DNA of 64,000 nucleotides from an uncultured Actinomycetota bacterium. GTDB taxonomy: Bacteria; Actinomycetota; Actinomycetes; Mycobacteriales; CADCTP01. Below the pieces are notes generated by a model. The model was not told where the DNA came from, made no database searches, and saw only the letters and a program-made list of their open reading frames with translations. A program made the position numbers and the translations under genes. This document shows positions 31,914-40,486 of the stretch, piece by piece; the stretch's first letter is position 1; each line of letters starts with the position of its first letter. The DNA is taken from the NCBI GenBank assembly GCA_963728945.1, contig CAVSMA010000002.1, forward strand, positions 674,723 to 738,722, in the 5' to 3' direction.

Positions 31914-33314
31914 TCACGCGGCTGGGGCCAGGCGCTGCAGCAGGGTCCAGAGCGCCTCGACGTGCCGGCGCTCGGTGAACGTCCCCCCGATCGACACCCG
32001 CAGCACGTACCGGCCGTGCGCCCGGGTGTGCGACAGGTAGGCCTCGCCCGACTCGTTGACCGCCCGCAGCAGCGCCTCCGAGGCCTCGTCACCGGCGACC
32101 AGGCGTAGGCAGACCAGGCCGAGCGGGTGCGGCGCCACCACCTCGAACCGCGGGTCGGCGCGGGCCCAGGACGCCAGCTCCTGGGCGAGCGCGACGCAGG
32201 TGCGGATGTGCTCGCGCAGCCCCTGCGCGCCGTACCAGCGCAGCACCGCCCACAGCTTGAGCGCCCGGAACCGGCGGCCGAGCGGGATCTGCCAGTCCCG
32301 GTAGTCGATGACCGCGCCGGATTCGGTCGGCGCGTTGCGGAGGAACTCCGGCAGCACCGAGAGCGCGCCGACCAGCGCGTCCCGGTCGGCGACCCAGAAC
32401 GCGTCGCAGTCGAAGTTGGTCAGCAGCCACTTGTGCGGGTTGGTGGCGTACGAGTCGGCGAGCTCGAGGCCGTCGTTCAGCCAGCGGAGCTCGGGGCAGA
32501 CCGCGGCCACCCCTGCGTATGCGGCGTCGACGTGCAGCCAGATTCCCTCGGCCCGGCAGAGTTCGCCGAGCGCGCGGACCGGGTCGATCGCGGTGGTCGA
32601 GGTGGTGCCGACGGTGGCGAGCACGAACAGCGGCGTGACGCCGGCGGCCCGGTCGGCGGCGACCGCGGCCCGCAGCGAGCCGGCGGTCACCGACAACGAG
32701 GACGGGTCGACGTCGAGCACCCGGATCGCGGCGTCGCCGAGCCCGGCGATGCGGACCGCCTTCTCGCCGGCGGAGTGCGACTCGGGGGAGAGGTAGACCG
32801 CGTACCGGTCGCGGATCCCATCGGTACGCACCGTGCCGCCGGAGACCTTGTGCAGCGCGGCGACCAGGGCGCAGAGCACGGAGCTGGACGCGGTGTCCTG
32901 GATGACGCCGGAGCCGAGGAACCGCTCCGGCAGGCCGAGCAGCTTTGCCAGCCAGTCCATCACGACGGTCTCGACCTCGGTCACCGCCGGCGAGGTCGCC
33001 CAGAGCATCCCCTGCACGGCCAGTCCCGAGCTCAGCAGATCCCCGAGCACCGCCGGCCCGGACGCGTTGGCCGGGAAGTACGCGTAGAACGAGGGATGCT
33101 GCCAGTGCGTGATCCCCGGCATGACGACCCGCTCCATGTCGGCCAGGACGGCGGAGAAGGGTTCGCCCTGCTCGGGCGCTGTCGACGGCAGCAGGGCGGC
33201 GACGTCCCCGGGCTTGACGCGCGCGCCGACCGGACGCGACTCGATGTTCTCCCAGTAGTCGGCGATCCAGTCCACGACCTGCCGCCCGTACTCCCGGAAC
33301 TCGTCCGGGGTCAT
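31914..33314 (-). CDS. group II PLP-dependent (aromatic-L-amino-acid-type) decarboxylase
   Basis: ATG 33314 inside the 723-aa ORF gives 466 aa. Motifs HWQHPSFYAYFP, DAAYAG, and the PLP-lysine motif NPHKWL. The stop is 9 nt from the gltB stop (convergent). Confidence 0.85.
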   Translation of the reverse strand: MTPDEFREYGRQVVDWIADYWENIESRPVGARVKPGDVAALLPSTAPEQGEPFSAVLADMERVVMPGITHWQHPSFYAYFPANASGPAVLGDLLSSGLAVQGMLWATSPAVTEVETVVMDWLAKLLGLPERFLGSGVIQDTASSSVLCALVAALHKVSGGTVRTDGIRDRYAVYLSPESHSAGEKAVRIAGLGDAAIRVLDVDPSSLSVTAGSLRAAVAADRAAGVTPLFVLATVGTTSTTAIDPVRALGELCRAEGIWLHVDAAYAGVAAVCPELRWLNDGLELADSYATNPHKWLLTNFDCDAFWVADRDALVGALSVLPEFLRNAPTESGAVIDYRDWQIPLGRRFRALKLWAVLRWYGAQGLREHIRTCVALAQELASWARADPRFEVVAPHPLGLVCLRLVAGDEASEALLRAVNESGEAYLSHTRAHGRYVLRVSIGGTFTERRHVEALWTLLQRLAPAA

Positions 33315-33398
33315 GTGCGTCACGCACCCATCCTGCCAAGAACGTTCCACCGACTCGGCTCCTCGTGGCACGCGCGGAGCCCCGCCGTCCCACTCGCC

Positions 33399-33831
33399 CC
33401 GCACGGGCTCCCCGACCGGCACCGCACGCACGGCGACGAGGTCCGGGGGCTCCGGCCCCGACCCGCGCCGCACGCACGGCGACGAGGTCCGGGCGGCTCG
33501 GGCCGGCACCGCCCGGGCGGCGACGAGGTCCAGGGCCTCCGGCCCCGACCGGCGCCGCACGGACGGTGACGAGGTCCGGGGGCTCCGGCCCCGACCCGCG
33601 CCGCACGTACGGCGACGAGCTTCGGAGGGGCTCGGGCCGGCACCGCACGCATGGTGACGAGCTTCGGGGGCTCGGTCCGGCACCGCACGCATGGTGACGA
33701 GGTTCGGGGGGGCCTCGGCCCCGGGGCCGGCGCCGCACGTATGGTGACGAGGTCCGGGGGCCCCCGACCGGCACCGCACGCACGGCGACGTACCGGAACG
33801 CGGGGGTGCCGGGGGGCTCGGCCCCCCGGCC
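33399..33831. repeat. non-coding tandem array: about 9 full and 1 partial copies of a 40-50-bp GC-rich hairpin-forming unit
   Basis: Units start at 33422, 33468, 33509, 33555, 33601, 33643, 33683, 33733 and 33774. Consensus is CCGCACGCAYGGYGACGAGGTCCGGGGGCTCCGGCCCCGACCSGCR. Unit lengths are 46, 41, 46, 46, 42, 40, 50 and 41 nt, so they are not multiples of 3. Confidence 0.9.
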
Positions 33832-33885
33832 AGCATGCACCCCGACCCGGCGAGCGCGTTCCGCGAGCACGCCTCGCCGGAGGGG

Positions 33886-33969
33886 TGCCGGGAGCGGGAC
33901 TCGAACCCGCAAGCCCTTTCGGGCAGATGCTTTTGAGGCACCCGTGTATGCCGATTCCACCATCCCGGC
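33886..33969 (-). tRNA. tRNA-Leu (anticodon CAA), class II with a long variable arm; CCA is not encoded
   Basis: Manual fold: acceptor GCCGGGA/UCCCGGC, anticodon stem GGUGC/GCAUC, loop CU-CAA-AA, variable arm UGCCCGAAAGGGCUU, T-arm GCGGG-UUCGAGU-CCCGC, discriminator A. Confidence 0.95.
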
Positions 33970-34026
33970 TCGGCGCGCACCCGGAGTCTAGCCAGGTACG
34001 CTGCGGTCTCCGGCTCGCGACGACGC

Positions 34027-34659
34027 GTGTCCGCACCACGCCTTGGAGTGCCCGTGTCCGATGCGCCACCCCGCCGCGTCCTCATCGCCGAGGACGAGGC
34101 GCTGATCCGCCTCGACCTGAAGGAGATGCTCGAGGAGGAGGGCTATGCCGTGGTCGGCGAGGCGGGCGACGGTGAGCAGGCCATTGCGCTGGCCGACTCG
34201 CTGCGCCCGGACCTGGTCATCCTCGACGTCAAGATGCCGAAGGTGGACGGGATCGCGGCGGCCGAACGGATCGCCGGTGACCGGATCGCCCCGGTGGTGA
34301 TCCTCACCGCGTTCGGCCAGCGTGATCTGGTCGAACGTGCCCGCGAGGCCGGCGCGATGGCCTACCTGGTCAAGCCGTTCCAGAAGAAGGACCTGGTGCC
34401 GACGATCGAGATGGCGACGTCCCGGTTCGCCGAGATCGTCGCGCTCGAGCAGGAGGTCGGTGGGCTGCAGGAGCGGTTGGAGGCACGCAAGACGGTCGAA
34501 CGGGCCAAGGGCGTGCTGATGACCGAGCACGGCATGACCGAGCCGGAGGCGTTCCGCTGGATCCAGCGGACGGCGATGGACCGGCGCACGACGATGCGGG
34601 CGGTGGCGGAGGCGGTGCTCGCGGCCGGCTTCGACCTGACCGCCGACTCGGGGCGCTGA
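34027..34659 (+). CDS. pdtaR: ANTAR-domain response regulator (PdtaR-like)
   Basis: Receiver motifs VLIAEDEALIRLDL, DLVILDVKMPKVDG, YLVKPF. ANTAR domain (LEARKTVERAKGVLM...EAFRWIQRTAMDRR). GTG 34054, preceded by GGAG, is a likely alternative start. Confidence 0.88.
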   Translation: MSAPRLGVPVSDAPPRRVLIAEDEALIRLDLKEMLEEEGYAVVGEAGDGEQAIALADSLRPDLVILDVKMPKVDGIAAAERIAGDRIAPVVILTAFGQRDLVERAREAGAMAYLVKPFQKKDLVPTIEMATSRFAEIVALEQEVGGLQERLEARKTVERAKGVLMTEHGMTEPEAFRWIQRTAMDRRTTMRAVAEAVLAAGFDLTADSGR

Positions 34660-34873
34660 TTCGGCCCCTAGCCTGGGCAAATGCCGGGCAAAGGACAGTT
34701 GGGACGATCGCCCGCGGCGTGTCGGCGGGTTTCGGCGCGTCGCGGTTCAGTTACGACTTGGCGCACGGGTGACCGAGCGCACAGAACCGTGCGCTATCTT
34801 CGCCGGGATCGCCTACCCCGGCCGTCCGGGCCGGCTGCAGGCGTGACATACCCAGTTTCCACGGAGGTAACTC

Positions 34874-36061
34874 GTGCGGCGTGCGTACTCCCGGGGTCTG
34901 GTGGCCGCAGCGGCTGCCTCGGCCCTCGTGCTTTCCGCCTGCGGCGGCGGCAATGACAACGGCGGCAGCTCGGGCGGCGGCGGCTCGTCCGGCGGCGGCT
35001 CGGTGACGATCGGCTTCTTCGGCGCTCAGACCGGTCCCAACGCCCAGCTCGGCATCAACATCTCCAACGGCGTCGAGCTGGCTATCGAGCAGCACAACGC
35101 GAAGTCCGGCGTCACCCAGGTCAAGCTGATCAAGTACGACACCCAGGGCGACCCGGCGCAGGCTACCAACCAGGCCAAGAAGGCGGTCTCCGACAAGGTC
35201 GCCGCGATCATCGGCCCGGCATTCTCCGGTGAGTCCAAGACGGCCGACCCGATCTTCGAAGAGGCCGGCATCCCGAACGTCTCGCCGTCGGCCACCGCCG
35301 TCGCGCTCGGCCAGAACGGCTGGAAGTTCTGGCACCGCGTCCTGGCCAACGACGACGTGCAGGGCCCCGGCGACGCCGACTTCATCGCCAAGACCCTGAA
35401 CGCGAAGACCGTCGCGGTCATCGACGACCAGAGCGAGTACGGCAAGGGCCTCGGCGACGCGGTCCGCAAGCAGCTGGCGACCGACGGCGTCAAGGTCGCG
35501 GTCAACGACTCGATCAACCCGGACGCGTCGAGCTTCTCCTCGACGGTCAACAAGGTGAAGCCGGCCAACCCGGACGTCGTGTTCTTCTCCGGCTACTACT
35601 CGGCGGCCGGCAAGCTGGTCAAGCAGTTGAAGGACGGCGGCGTGCAGGGCACGTTCATGTCCGGTGACGGCACCCTGGACGCCCAGTTCATCGCCGGTGG
35701 CGGCGCTGCGGCCAACGGCGCGTTGCTGAGCTGCACCTGCTCGTCGGCGGTCGGCTCGTCCGACCCGGCCGTGCAGAAGTTCGCGACCGACTACAAGGCC
35801 AAGTTCAACGCCGACCCGGCGACCTACTCGGCCGAGGGCTACGACGCGACGAACGCGGTCCTGCAGGCGATCGACGCCGGCAAGACCGACCCGGCGGACA
35901 TCAACGACTTCGTGACGAAGATCGACTTCAAGGGCGTCTCGAAGCAGATCAAGTTCGCTCCGAACGGCGAGCTCGCCAACGACCTGCTGTTCATCACGGA
36001 GGTGAAGGACGGCAAGCTGGCGTTCCTCGGCGACACCACCCAGGCGAAGCCCTCCGCCTGA
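34874..36061 (+). CDS. branched-chain amino-acid ABC transporter substrate-binding lipoprotein (LivJ/K-type)
   Basis: 395 aa. Lipobox LVLSACGGG. Type I periplasmic-binding-protein pattern. RBS GGAGG lies 7 nt upstream of the GTG. Confidence 0.85.
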   Translation: MRRAYSRGLVAAAAASALVLSACGGGNDNGGSSGGGGSSGGGSVTIGFFGAQTGPNAQLGINISNGVELAIEQHNAKSGVTQVKLIKYDTQGDPAQATNQAKKAVSDKVAAIIGPAFSGESKTADPIFEEAGIPNVSPSATAVALGQNGWKFWHRVLANDDVQGPGDADFIAKTLNAKTVAVIDDQSEYGKGLGDAVRKQLATDGVKVAVNDSINPDASSFSSTVNKVKPANPDVVFFSGYYSAAGKLVKQLKDGGVQGTFMSGDGTLDAQFIAGGGAAANGALLSCTCSSAVGSSDPAVQKFATDYKAKFNADPATYSAEGYDATNAVLQAIDAGKTDPADINDFVTKIDFKGVSKQIKFAPNGELANDLLFITEVKDGKLAFLGDTTQAKPSA

Positions 36062-36148
36062 CCGTTCCGAACGCACCAGGGCGGGAGCTGGGACATACTG
36101 TCCCGGCTCCCGCTCATCGCGTCCCCAGACATCTCGTGGAGCGGCCTC

Positions 36149-37087
36149 GTGTGGAATGACTTCACCCAGCAGTTCTGGTCGTCCACCATCGACGGACTGA
36201 CCAACGGCGCCATCTACGGCCTCGTCGCGATGGGCTACACGCTCGTCTACGGCGTCCTGCGACTGATCAACTTCGCGCACTCCGAAGTCTTCATGATCGG
36301 CACCTTCGCCGCTCTCGGCGCGCTGACCCTCTTCGGCATCGACAGTCCGCAGTCCGGCCTGGCGCTGGTCGGCGTGCTGCTCCTGATGACGCTGGTCGCG
36401 ATGGCCGCCTCCGGCGGCATCGCCGTCGTGCTGGAACGCGTGGCGTACCGACCGCTGCGCAAGCGCGGCGCCTCCCGGCTGGCCGCGCTGATCTCGGCGA
36501 TCGGCGCTTCGTTCTTCCTGCAGGAGGTCTTCGCGATCTGGCAGGGCCGCGACCAGCTGACCTTCCCGCGGGTGATGAACAAGGACGTCTGGCTCAACAT
36601 CGGGTCCGGCCAGGTGCGCAACGACAAGGTGCTGGTCATCGTCGCGGCGATCCTGATGATGCTGGCGCTGGACCGGTTCGTGAACACGACCCGACTCGGC
36701 CGCGGCATCCGGGCCACCGCGCAGGATCCGGACACCGCCGTACTGATGGGCGTGAACATCGACCGGGTCGTGCTGTCCACGTTCCTGATCGGCGGAATTC
36801 TGGCCGGCCTGGCCGCAGCGCTGTACGGGGTGTTCTTCGAGATCACCCAGTACAACGTAGGCTTTCTCCTGGGCATCAAGGCGTTCACCGCCGCGGTGCT
36901 CGGCGGCATCGGCAACATCCGCGGCGCGTTGATCGGAGGCCTGGTGCTCGGACTCATCGAGAACTACGGGGCGAGCATCTTCGGCACCCAGTGGCTCGAC
37001 GTCGTCGCGTTCTCGGTGCTGGTCCTGGTCCTGATGTTCCGGCCGACCGGCATCCTCGGCGAGAATTTGCAGCGGGCACGAGTATGA
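36149..37087 (+). CDS. livH: branched-chain amino-acid ABC permease
   Basis: 312 aa, polytopic. LivH-type N-terminus (LTNGAIYGLVAMGYTLVYGVLRLINFAHS). Confidence 0.85.
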   Translation: MWNDFTQQFWSSTIDGLTNGAIYGLVAMGYTLVYGVLRLINFAHSEVFMIGTFAALGALTLFGIDSPQSGLALVGVLLLMTLVAMAASGGIAVVLERVAYRPLRKRGASRLAALISAIGASFFLQEVFAIWQGRDQLTFPRVMNKDVWLNIGSGQVRNDKVLVIVAAILMMLALDRFVNTTRLGRGIRATAQDPDTAVLMGVNIDRVVLSTFLIGGILAGLAAALYGVFFEITQYNVGFLLGIKAFTAAVLGGIGNIRGALIGGLVLGLIENYGASIFGTQWLDVVAFSVLVLVLMFRPTGILGENLQRARV

Positions 37088-38286
37088 GCGCGCTGTCCGG
37101 TCTCCGTCGCCGGCTACAGGTCCCCGACGTCCTGGGCGTCCTGGGGGTGTGGTGGGACCGCACGCCCTGGTACGGCCGATGGGCGGTCTACCTGCTGCTG
37201 ATCATCTGTGCGTTCCTCCTGCCGTCGAGCTCGATCGGCTCGTTCATGACGCCGGAGTCCGACTGGGCGAGCGTGCTGTTCTATCCGATCGGCATCTACG
37301 TGCTGCTCGCGATCGGCCTCAACGTGGTGGTCGGTCAGGCCGGCCTGCTCGACCTCGGCTACGTCGCGTTCTTCGCCATCGGCGCGTACGCGCTGGCCGT
37401 GTTCGCGACGAAGCGAGGGTGGAACTTCTGGGAGATCGTGCCGGCCGGCATCATCATCGCCGCCGCGGCCGGGGCCATCCTCGGCGCACCGACGCTGCGA
37501 CTGCGCGGCGACTACCTGGCGATCGTGACGCTCGGGTTCGGTGAGATCATCCGCATCACCGCGAACAACCTCAACTACACCGGCGGGCCGCGCGGCATCT
37601 CTCAGATCCCGCACCCGCCGTCGTCGCCGAACGTCGAGGTCGGTGGCGTCAAGGTGCTGCGCTACGGCGTGCTCGACGCCCGGCCGTACTACTACCTGCT
37701 GCTGGTGGCGATCATCCTGGTGATCATCCTCGTGAAGCGGCTGGAGAAGAGCCGGGTCGGCCGGTCCTGGTCGGCCATCCGGGAGGACGAGGACGCGGCC
37801 GAGCTGATGGGCGTGCCGACGTTCAAGTTCAAGATCGTCTCGTTCGTCATGGGCGCGTCGATCGGCGGGCTGGCGGGTGTCATCTTCGCCGCCCAGACCA
37901 CCTCGATCACCCCGCCCAACTTCCCGTTCATCCTGTCCGCGCTGATCCTCTGCGCGGTGGTGCTGGGCGGGTCAGGCAACCTGCTCGGCGTCATCCTCGG
38001 CGCGTTCCTCATCGCCTGGCTGCCCGAGCGGTTCCGCGGGTTCGAGGAATACCGGGTGATGGTGTTCGGTGCCGCGCTGGTGATCATGATGATCGTCCGG
38101 CCCGAGGGGCTGCTGCCCAGCCGGCAACGACGGGCGGAGCTGGCCGAGGGCACCGGCGGGATGGGGTCGCTCGGCGGCGAGGTCGGCGCGGTCGCCGGCC
38201 AGCGGATCGAGGTCGACGAGGAGCTGGTCTCCGGGCATCCGCCCGAGGTCCTCGCCGGCCGGGACGAGCGGGAGGCGGGAGCGTGA
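37084..38286 (+). CDS. livM: branched-chain amino-acid ABC permease
   Basis: ATG 37084 overlaps the livH TGA. 400 aa. LivM-type core (NVVVGQAGLLDLGYVAFFAIGAY). Confidence 0.85.
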   Translation: MSALSGLRRRLQVPDVLGVLGVWWDRTPWYGRWAVYLLLIICAFLLPSSSIGSFMTPESDWASVLFYPIGIYVLLAIGLNVVVGQAGLLDLGYVAFFAIGAYALAVFATKRGWNFWEIVPAGIIIAAAAGAILGAPTLRLRGDYLAIVTLGFGEIIRITANNLNYTGGPRGISQIPHPPSSPNVEVGGVKVLRYGVLDARPYYYLLLVAIILVIILVKRLEKSRVGRSWSAIREDEDAAELMGVPTFKFKIVSFVMGASIGGLAGVIFAAQTTSITPPNFPFILSALILCAVVLGGSGNLLGVILGAFLIAWLPERFRGFEEYRVMVFGAALVIMMIVRPEGLLPSRQRRAELAEGTGGMGSLGGEVGAVAGQRIEVDEELVSGHPPEVLAGRDEREAGA

Positions 38287-39056
38287 CCAGTCTGCTGGAG
38301 CTCGCCGGCGTCACGCAGCGGTTCGGCGGCGTGGTGGCGCTCTCGGAGATCGACCTCAGCGTGCCGGAGGGTTCGATCTTCGCGCTCATCGGCCCGAACG
38401 GTGCCGGTAAGACCACCGTCTTCAACCTCGTCACCGGCGTCTACGCACCCACCGAGGGGGAGATCCGGTTCGACGGCACGGTGATCTCCGGACGCCGGCG
38501 CTACCTGGTGACCAGGGCGGGAATCGCCCGGACGTTCCAGAACATCCGGCTGTTCGACAACATGTCGGCGCTCGAGAACGTCATGGTCGGGGCCGACGCC
38601 GGGCACACGACCGGGGTGTTCAGCGCCGCGCTGGGCCTGCCCCGGCACCGCCGGGAGGAACGCGACGGCCGGGCCCGCGGGCAGGAGCTGCTGGAGTTCG
38701 TCGGGATCGGGAGGGTGGGCGAGGAGACCGCGAAGAACCTCTCCTACGGCGGCCAGCGCCGGCTGGAGATCGCCCGGGCGCTCGCCACCGACCCGAAGCT
38801 GCTGCTGCTCGACGAGCCCGCCGCCGGGCTGAACGCGTCGGAGAAGGTCGGGCTGGCCCAGCTGATCCGCAAGATCAGGGACTCCGGCCGGACCGTCTTC
38901 CTCATCGAGCACGACATGAGCATGGTCATGCAGATCAGCGACCGGGTGGCGGTGCTCGACTTCGGCCAGAAGATCTCCGAGGGGGCGCCGGCCGAGGTGC
39001 AGAACGACCCCAAGGTCATCGCCGCCTACCTGGGAGAGCCCGCCGATGCTTCTTGA
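38283..39056 (+). CDS. livG: branched-chain amino-acid ABC ATPase
   Basis: Walker A GPNGAGKTT, signature LSYGGQRRLEIA, Walker B LLLLDEPAAGL. Overlaps the upstream stop. Confidence 0.9.
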   Translation: MTSLLELAGVTQRFGGVVALSEIDLSVPEGSIFALIGPNGAGKTTVFNLVTGVYAPTEGEIRFDGTVISGRRRYLVTRAGIARTFQNIRLFDNMSALENVMVGADAGHTTGVFSAALGLPRHRREERDGRARGQELLEFVGIGRVGEETAKNLSYGGQRRLEIARALATDPKLLLLDEPAAGLNASEKVGLAQLIRKIRDSGRTVFLIEHDMSMVMQISDRVAVLDFGQKISEGAPAEVQNDPKVIAAYLGEPADAS

Positions 39057-39762
39057 GGTCGAGGACCTGCGGGTCCACTACGGCAAGATCGAGGCGATCC
39101 GGGGGATCTCGATCGAGGTCGACGAGGGCGAGATCGTCACGCTCATCGGGGCGAACGGCGCGGGCAAGACGACCACCCTCAAGACGCTGTCGGGCCTTCG
39201 CCGGGTCAGCTCCGGTCGGGTGCGGTTCGACGGCAGCGACATCACCGGCGTGGCCGGGCACAAGCGGGTGCTGCTGGGGATCTGCCAGGCGCCGGAGGGT
39301 CGCGGGATCTTCCCGGGCATGACGGTGCTGGAGAACCTCGACATGGGGACCTACGCGCGCAAGTCGCCGGACTACGACGGGGACCTCGACCGGGTGTTCA
39401 CGCTGTTCCCGCGCCTGGCCGAGCGGCGGCGGCAGCCGGGCGGCACGCTGTCCGGCGGCGAGCAGCAGATGCTGGCGATCGGCCGGGCGCTGATGGCGCG
39501 GCCGCGGCTGCTGCTGCTCGACGAGCCGTCGATGGGGCTGGCGCCGCTGATCGTGCAGCAGATCTTCCAGATCCTGAAGGAGATCAACGAGTCCGGCACG
39601 ACGATCCTGCTGGTCGAGCAGAACGCGACGCAGGCGCTGCAGCTCTCGGACCGGGCGTACGTGCTGGAGACCGGCTCGATCGTCAAGTCGGCGCCGGCGG
39701 CCGAGCTGCTCGACGACCCGTCCGTGCGCGAGGCCTACCTCGGCGGCGCCGCCGCCCACTGA
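39046..39762 (+). CDS. livF: branched-chain amino-acid ABC ATPase
   Basis: Walker A GANGAGKTT, signature LSGGEQQMLAIG, Walker B LLLLDEPSMGL. Confidence 0.9.
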   Translation: MLLEVEDLRVHYGKIEAIRGISIEVDEGEIVTLIGANGAGKTTTLKTLSGLRRVSSGRVRFDGSDITGVAGHKRVLLGICQAPEGRGIFPGMTVLENLDMGTYARKSPDYDGDLDRVFTLFPRLAERRRQPGGTLSGGEQQMLAIGRALMARPRLLLLDEPSMGLAPLIVQQIFQILKEINESGTTILLVEQNATQALQLSDRAYVLETGSIVKSAPAAELLDDPSVREAYLGGAAAH

Positions 39763-39780
39763 CCCGTCCGGGCTCGGGGA

Positions 39781-40341
39781 TCAGGTGCCGGGGAGGGCGA
39801 TGTCCTTGCCGATGTCGCCGACGCGGAGGGCCCGGACGATCGACTTCGGCGGCAGGTCGAACCAGAGATCCATCTCCAGCCGCCCCTCGGCCGGGACGGT
39901 GGCGATCTTGGGCTGCCGGGCGATGTTCATCGCGTCGTAGTCGGGCTTGTAGGTGGTGCCGTTGGCGTCGACCAGCAGCATCTTCTCGGTGTTGAACGTC
40001 CGGAACGTCGACATGCCGTTGTCCAGCGCCACCCGCACCCGCTCGTACTCGCCCCTGGGCAGCCACTCCGCGTGCGTGCCGATGATCGACAGCAGGTGCA
40101 CCCGCAGCCCGATCACGCTCACCGTGACCTGCGGTCCGGTGACGCTCGCGGTCGGCAGCGGGGTCTCGAACGGCCGGGCCGTCCGCGGCGCCAGCCGGTA
40201 GGTCGGGCTGGCCGTGGCCGGCGCGGCCGCGGCGGAGTCGGACGAGCCGGAGCTGCACCCGGCCGTGCCGGCCAGGGCGAGAGCGGCCAGGGTCGCGAGG
40301 GCGGCGGTGGCTCGGCGCACGACCCCGACCGTATCTCGCAA
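39781..40341 (-). CDS. putative lipoprotein (DUF4352-like beta-sandwich suspected)
   Basis: 186-aa ORF from TTG 40341; GTG 40320 is an alternative start. Lipobox LALAGTAGCSS. The family call is tentative. Confidence 0.65.
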   Translation of the reverse strand: MRDTVGVVRRATAALATLAALALAGTAGCSSGSSDSAAAAPATASPTYRLAPRTARPFETPLPTASVTGPQVTVSVIGLRVHLLSIIGTHAEWLPRGEYERVRVALDNGMSTFRTFNTEKMLLVDANGTTYKPDYDAMNIARQPKIATVPAEGRLEMDLWFDLPPKSIVRALRVGDIGKDIALPGT

Positions 40342-40356
40342 CTGTCACAGCTCTGC

Positions 40357-40390
40357 AAAAACGGGCCCGGACGGGAAGAACCCGGGCCGT
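40357..40390 (-). terminator. intrinsic-terminator-like hairpin plus U5, located in the 5' leader of the lipoprotein gene
   Basis: The minus strand reads ACGGCCCGGG-ttcttcccgt-CCGGGCCCGT-TTTTT. 8 of 10 stem positions pair. The T5 run (40357-40361) is rare in this G+C context and ends 16 nt before TTG 40341. Confidence 0.35.
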
Positions 40391-40457
40391 CTTCGGCGCC
40401 GTCCCATGTTTCCGCGTCACGGAACGGTCGCTACTCAACGCACCCGGGTCGTCGCAG

Positions 40458-40486
40458 AGCGTAGGAGAAGGGCGGGGTAGCGTCAA
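40458..40486 (-). promoter_or_regulatory. candidate sigma-70-type promoter (TTGACG-17 nt-TACGCT) on the minus strand
   Basis: The minus strand reads cggaTTGACGctaccccgcccttctccTACGCTctg. The spacing is exactly 17 nt. The predicted TSS at ~40451 would give a ~110-nt leader. Confidence 0.3.

Noticed and set aside
33803-33813. An 11-nt match (GGGGTGCCGGG) to the tRNA-Leu 3' end (33882-33892), considered as a possible att-site remnant of an integrated element.
   Set aside because: It is too short and too G/C-rich to be significant. No integrase, excisionase or foreign-looking gene content lies between or beside the copies.
33399-33831. The possibility that the tandem repeat array is a CRISPR array.
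   Set aside because: The units abut head-to-tail with no unique spacers. Unit length is variable at 40-50 bp. No cas genes are nearby.
33886-33969. The possibility that this tRNA-Leu is a bldA-like developmental tRNA.
   Set aside because: The anticodon is CAA (reads UUG), not UAA (reads UUA), so it is an ordinary Leu isoacceptor.
40345-40407. A 20-codon upstream ORF ([20 protein letters not shown]) in the lipoprotein leader on the minus strand.
   Set aside because: It has rare CGA/AGA codons, no RBS and a low-complexity sequence. It more likely just overlaps the hairpin/U-tract element by chance.
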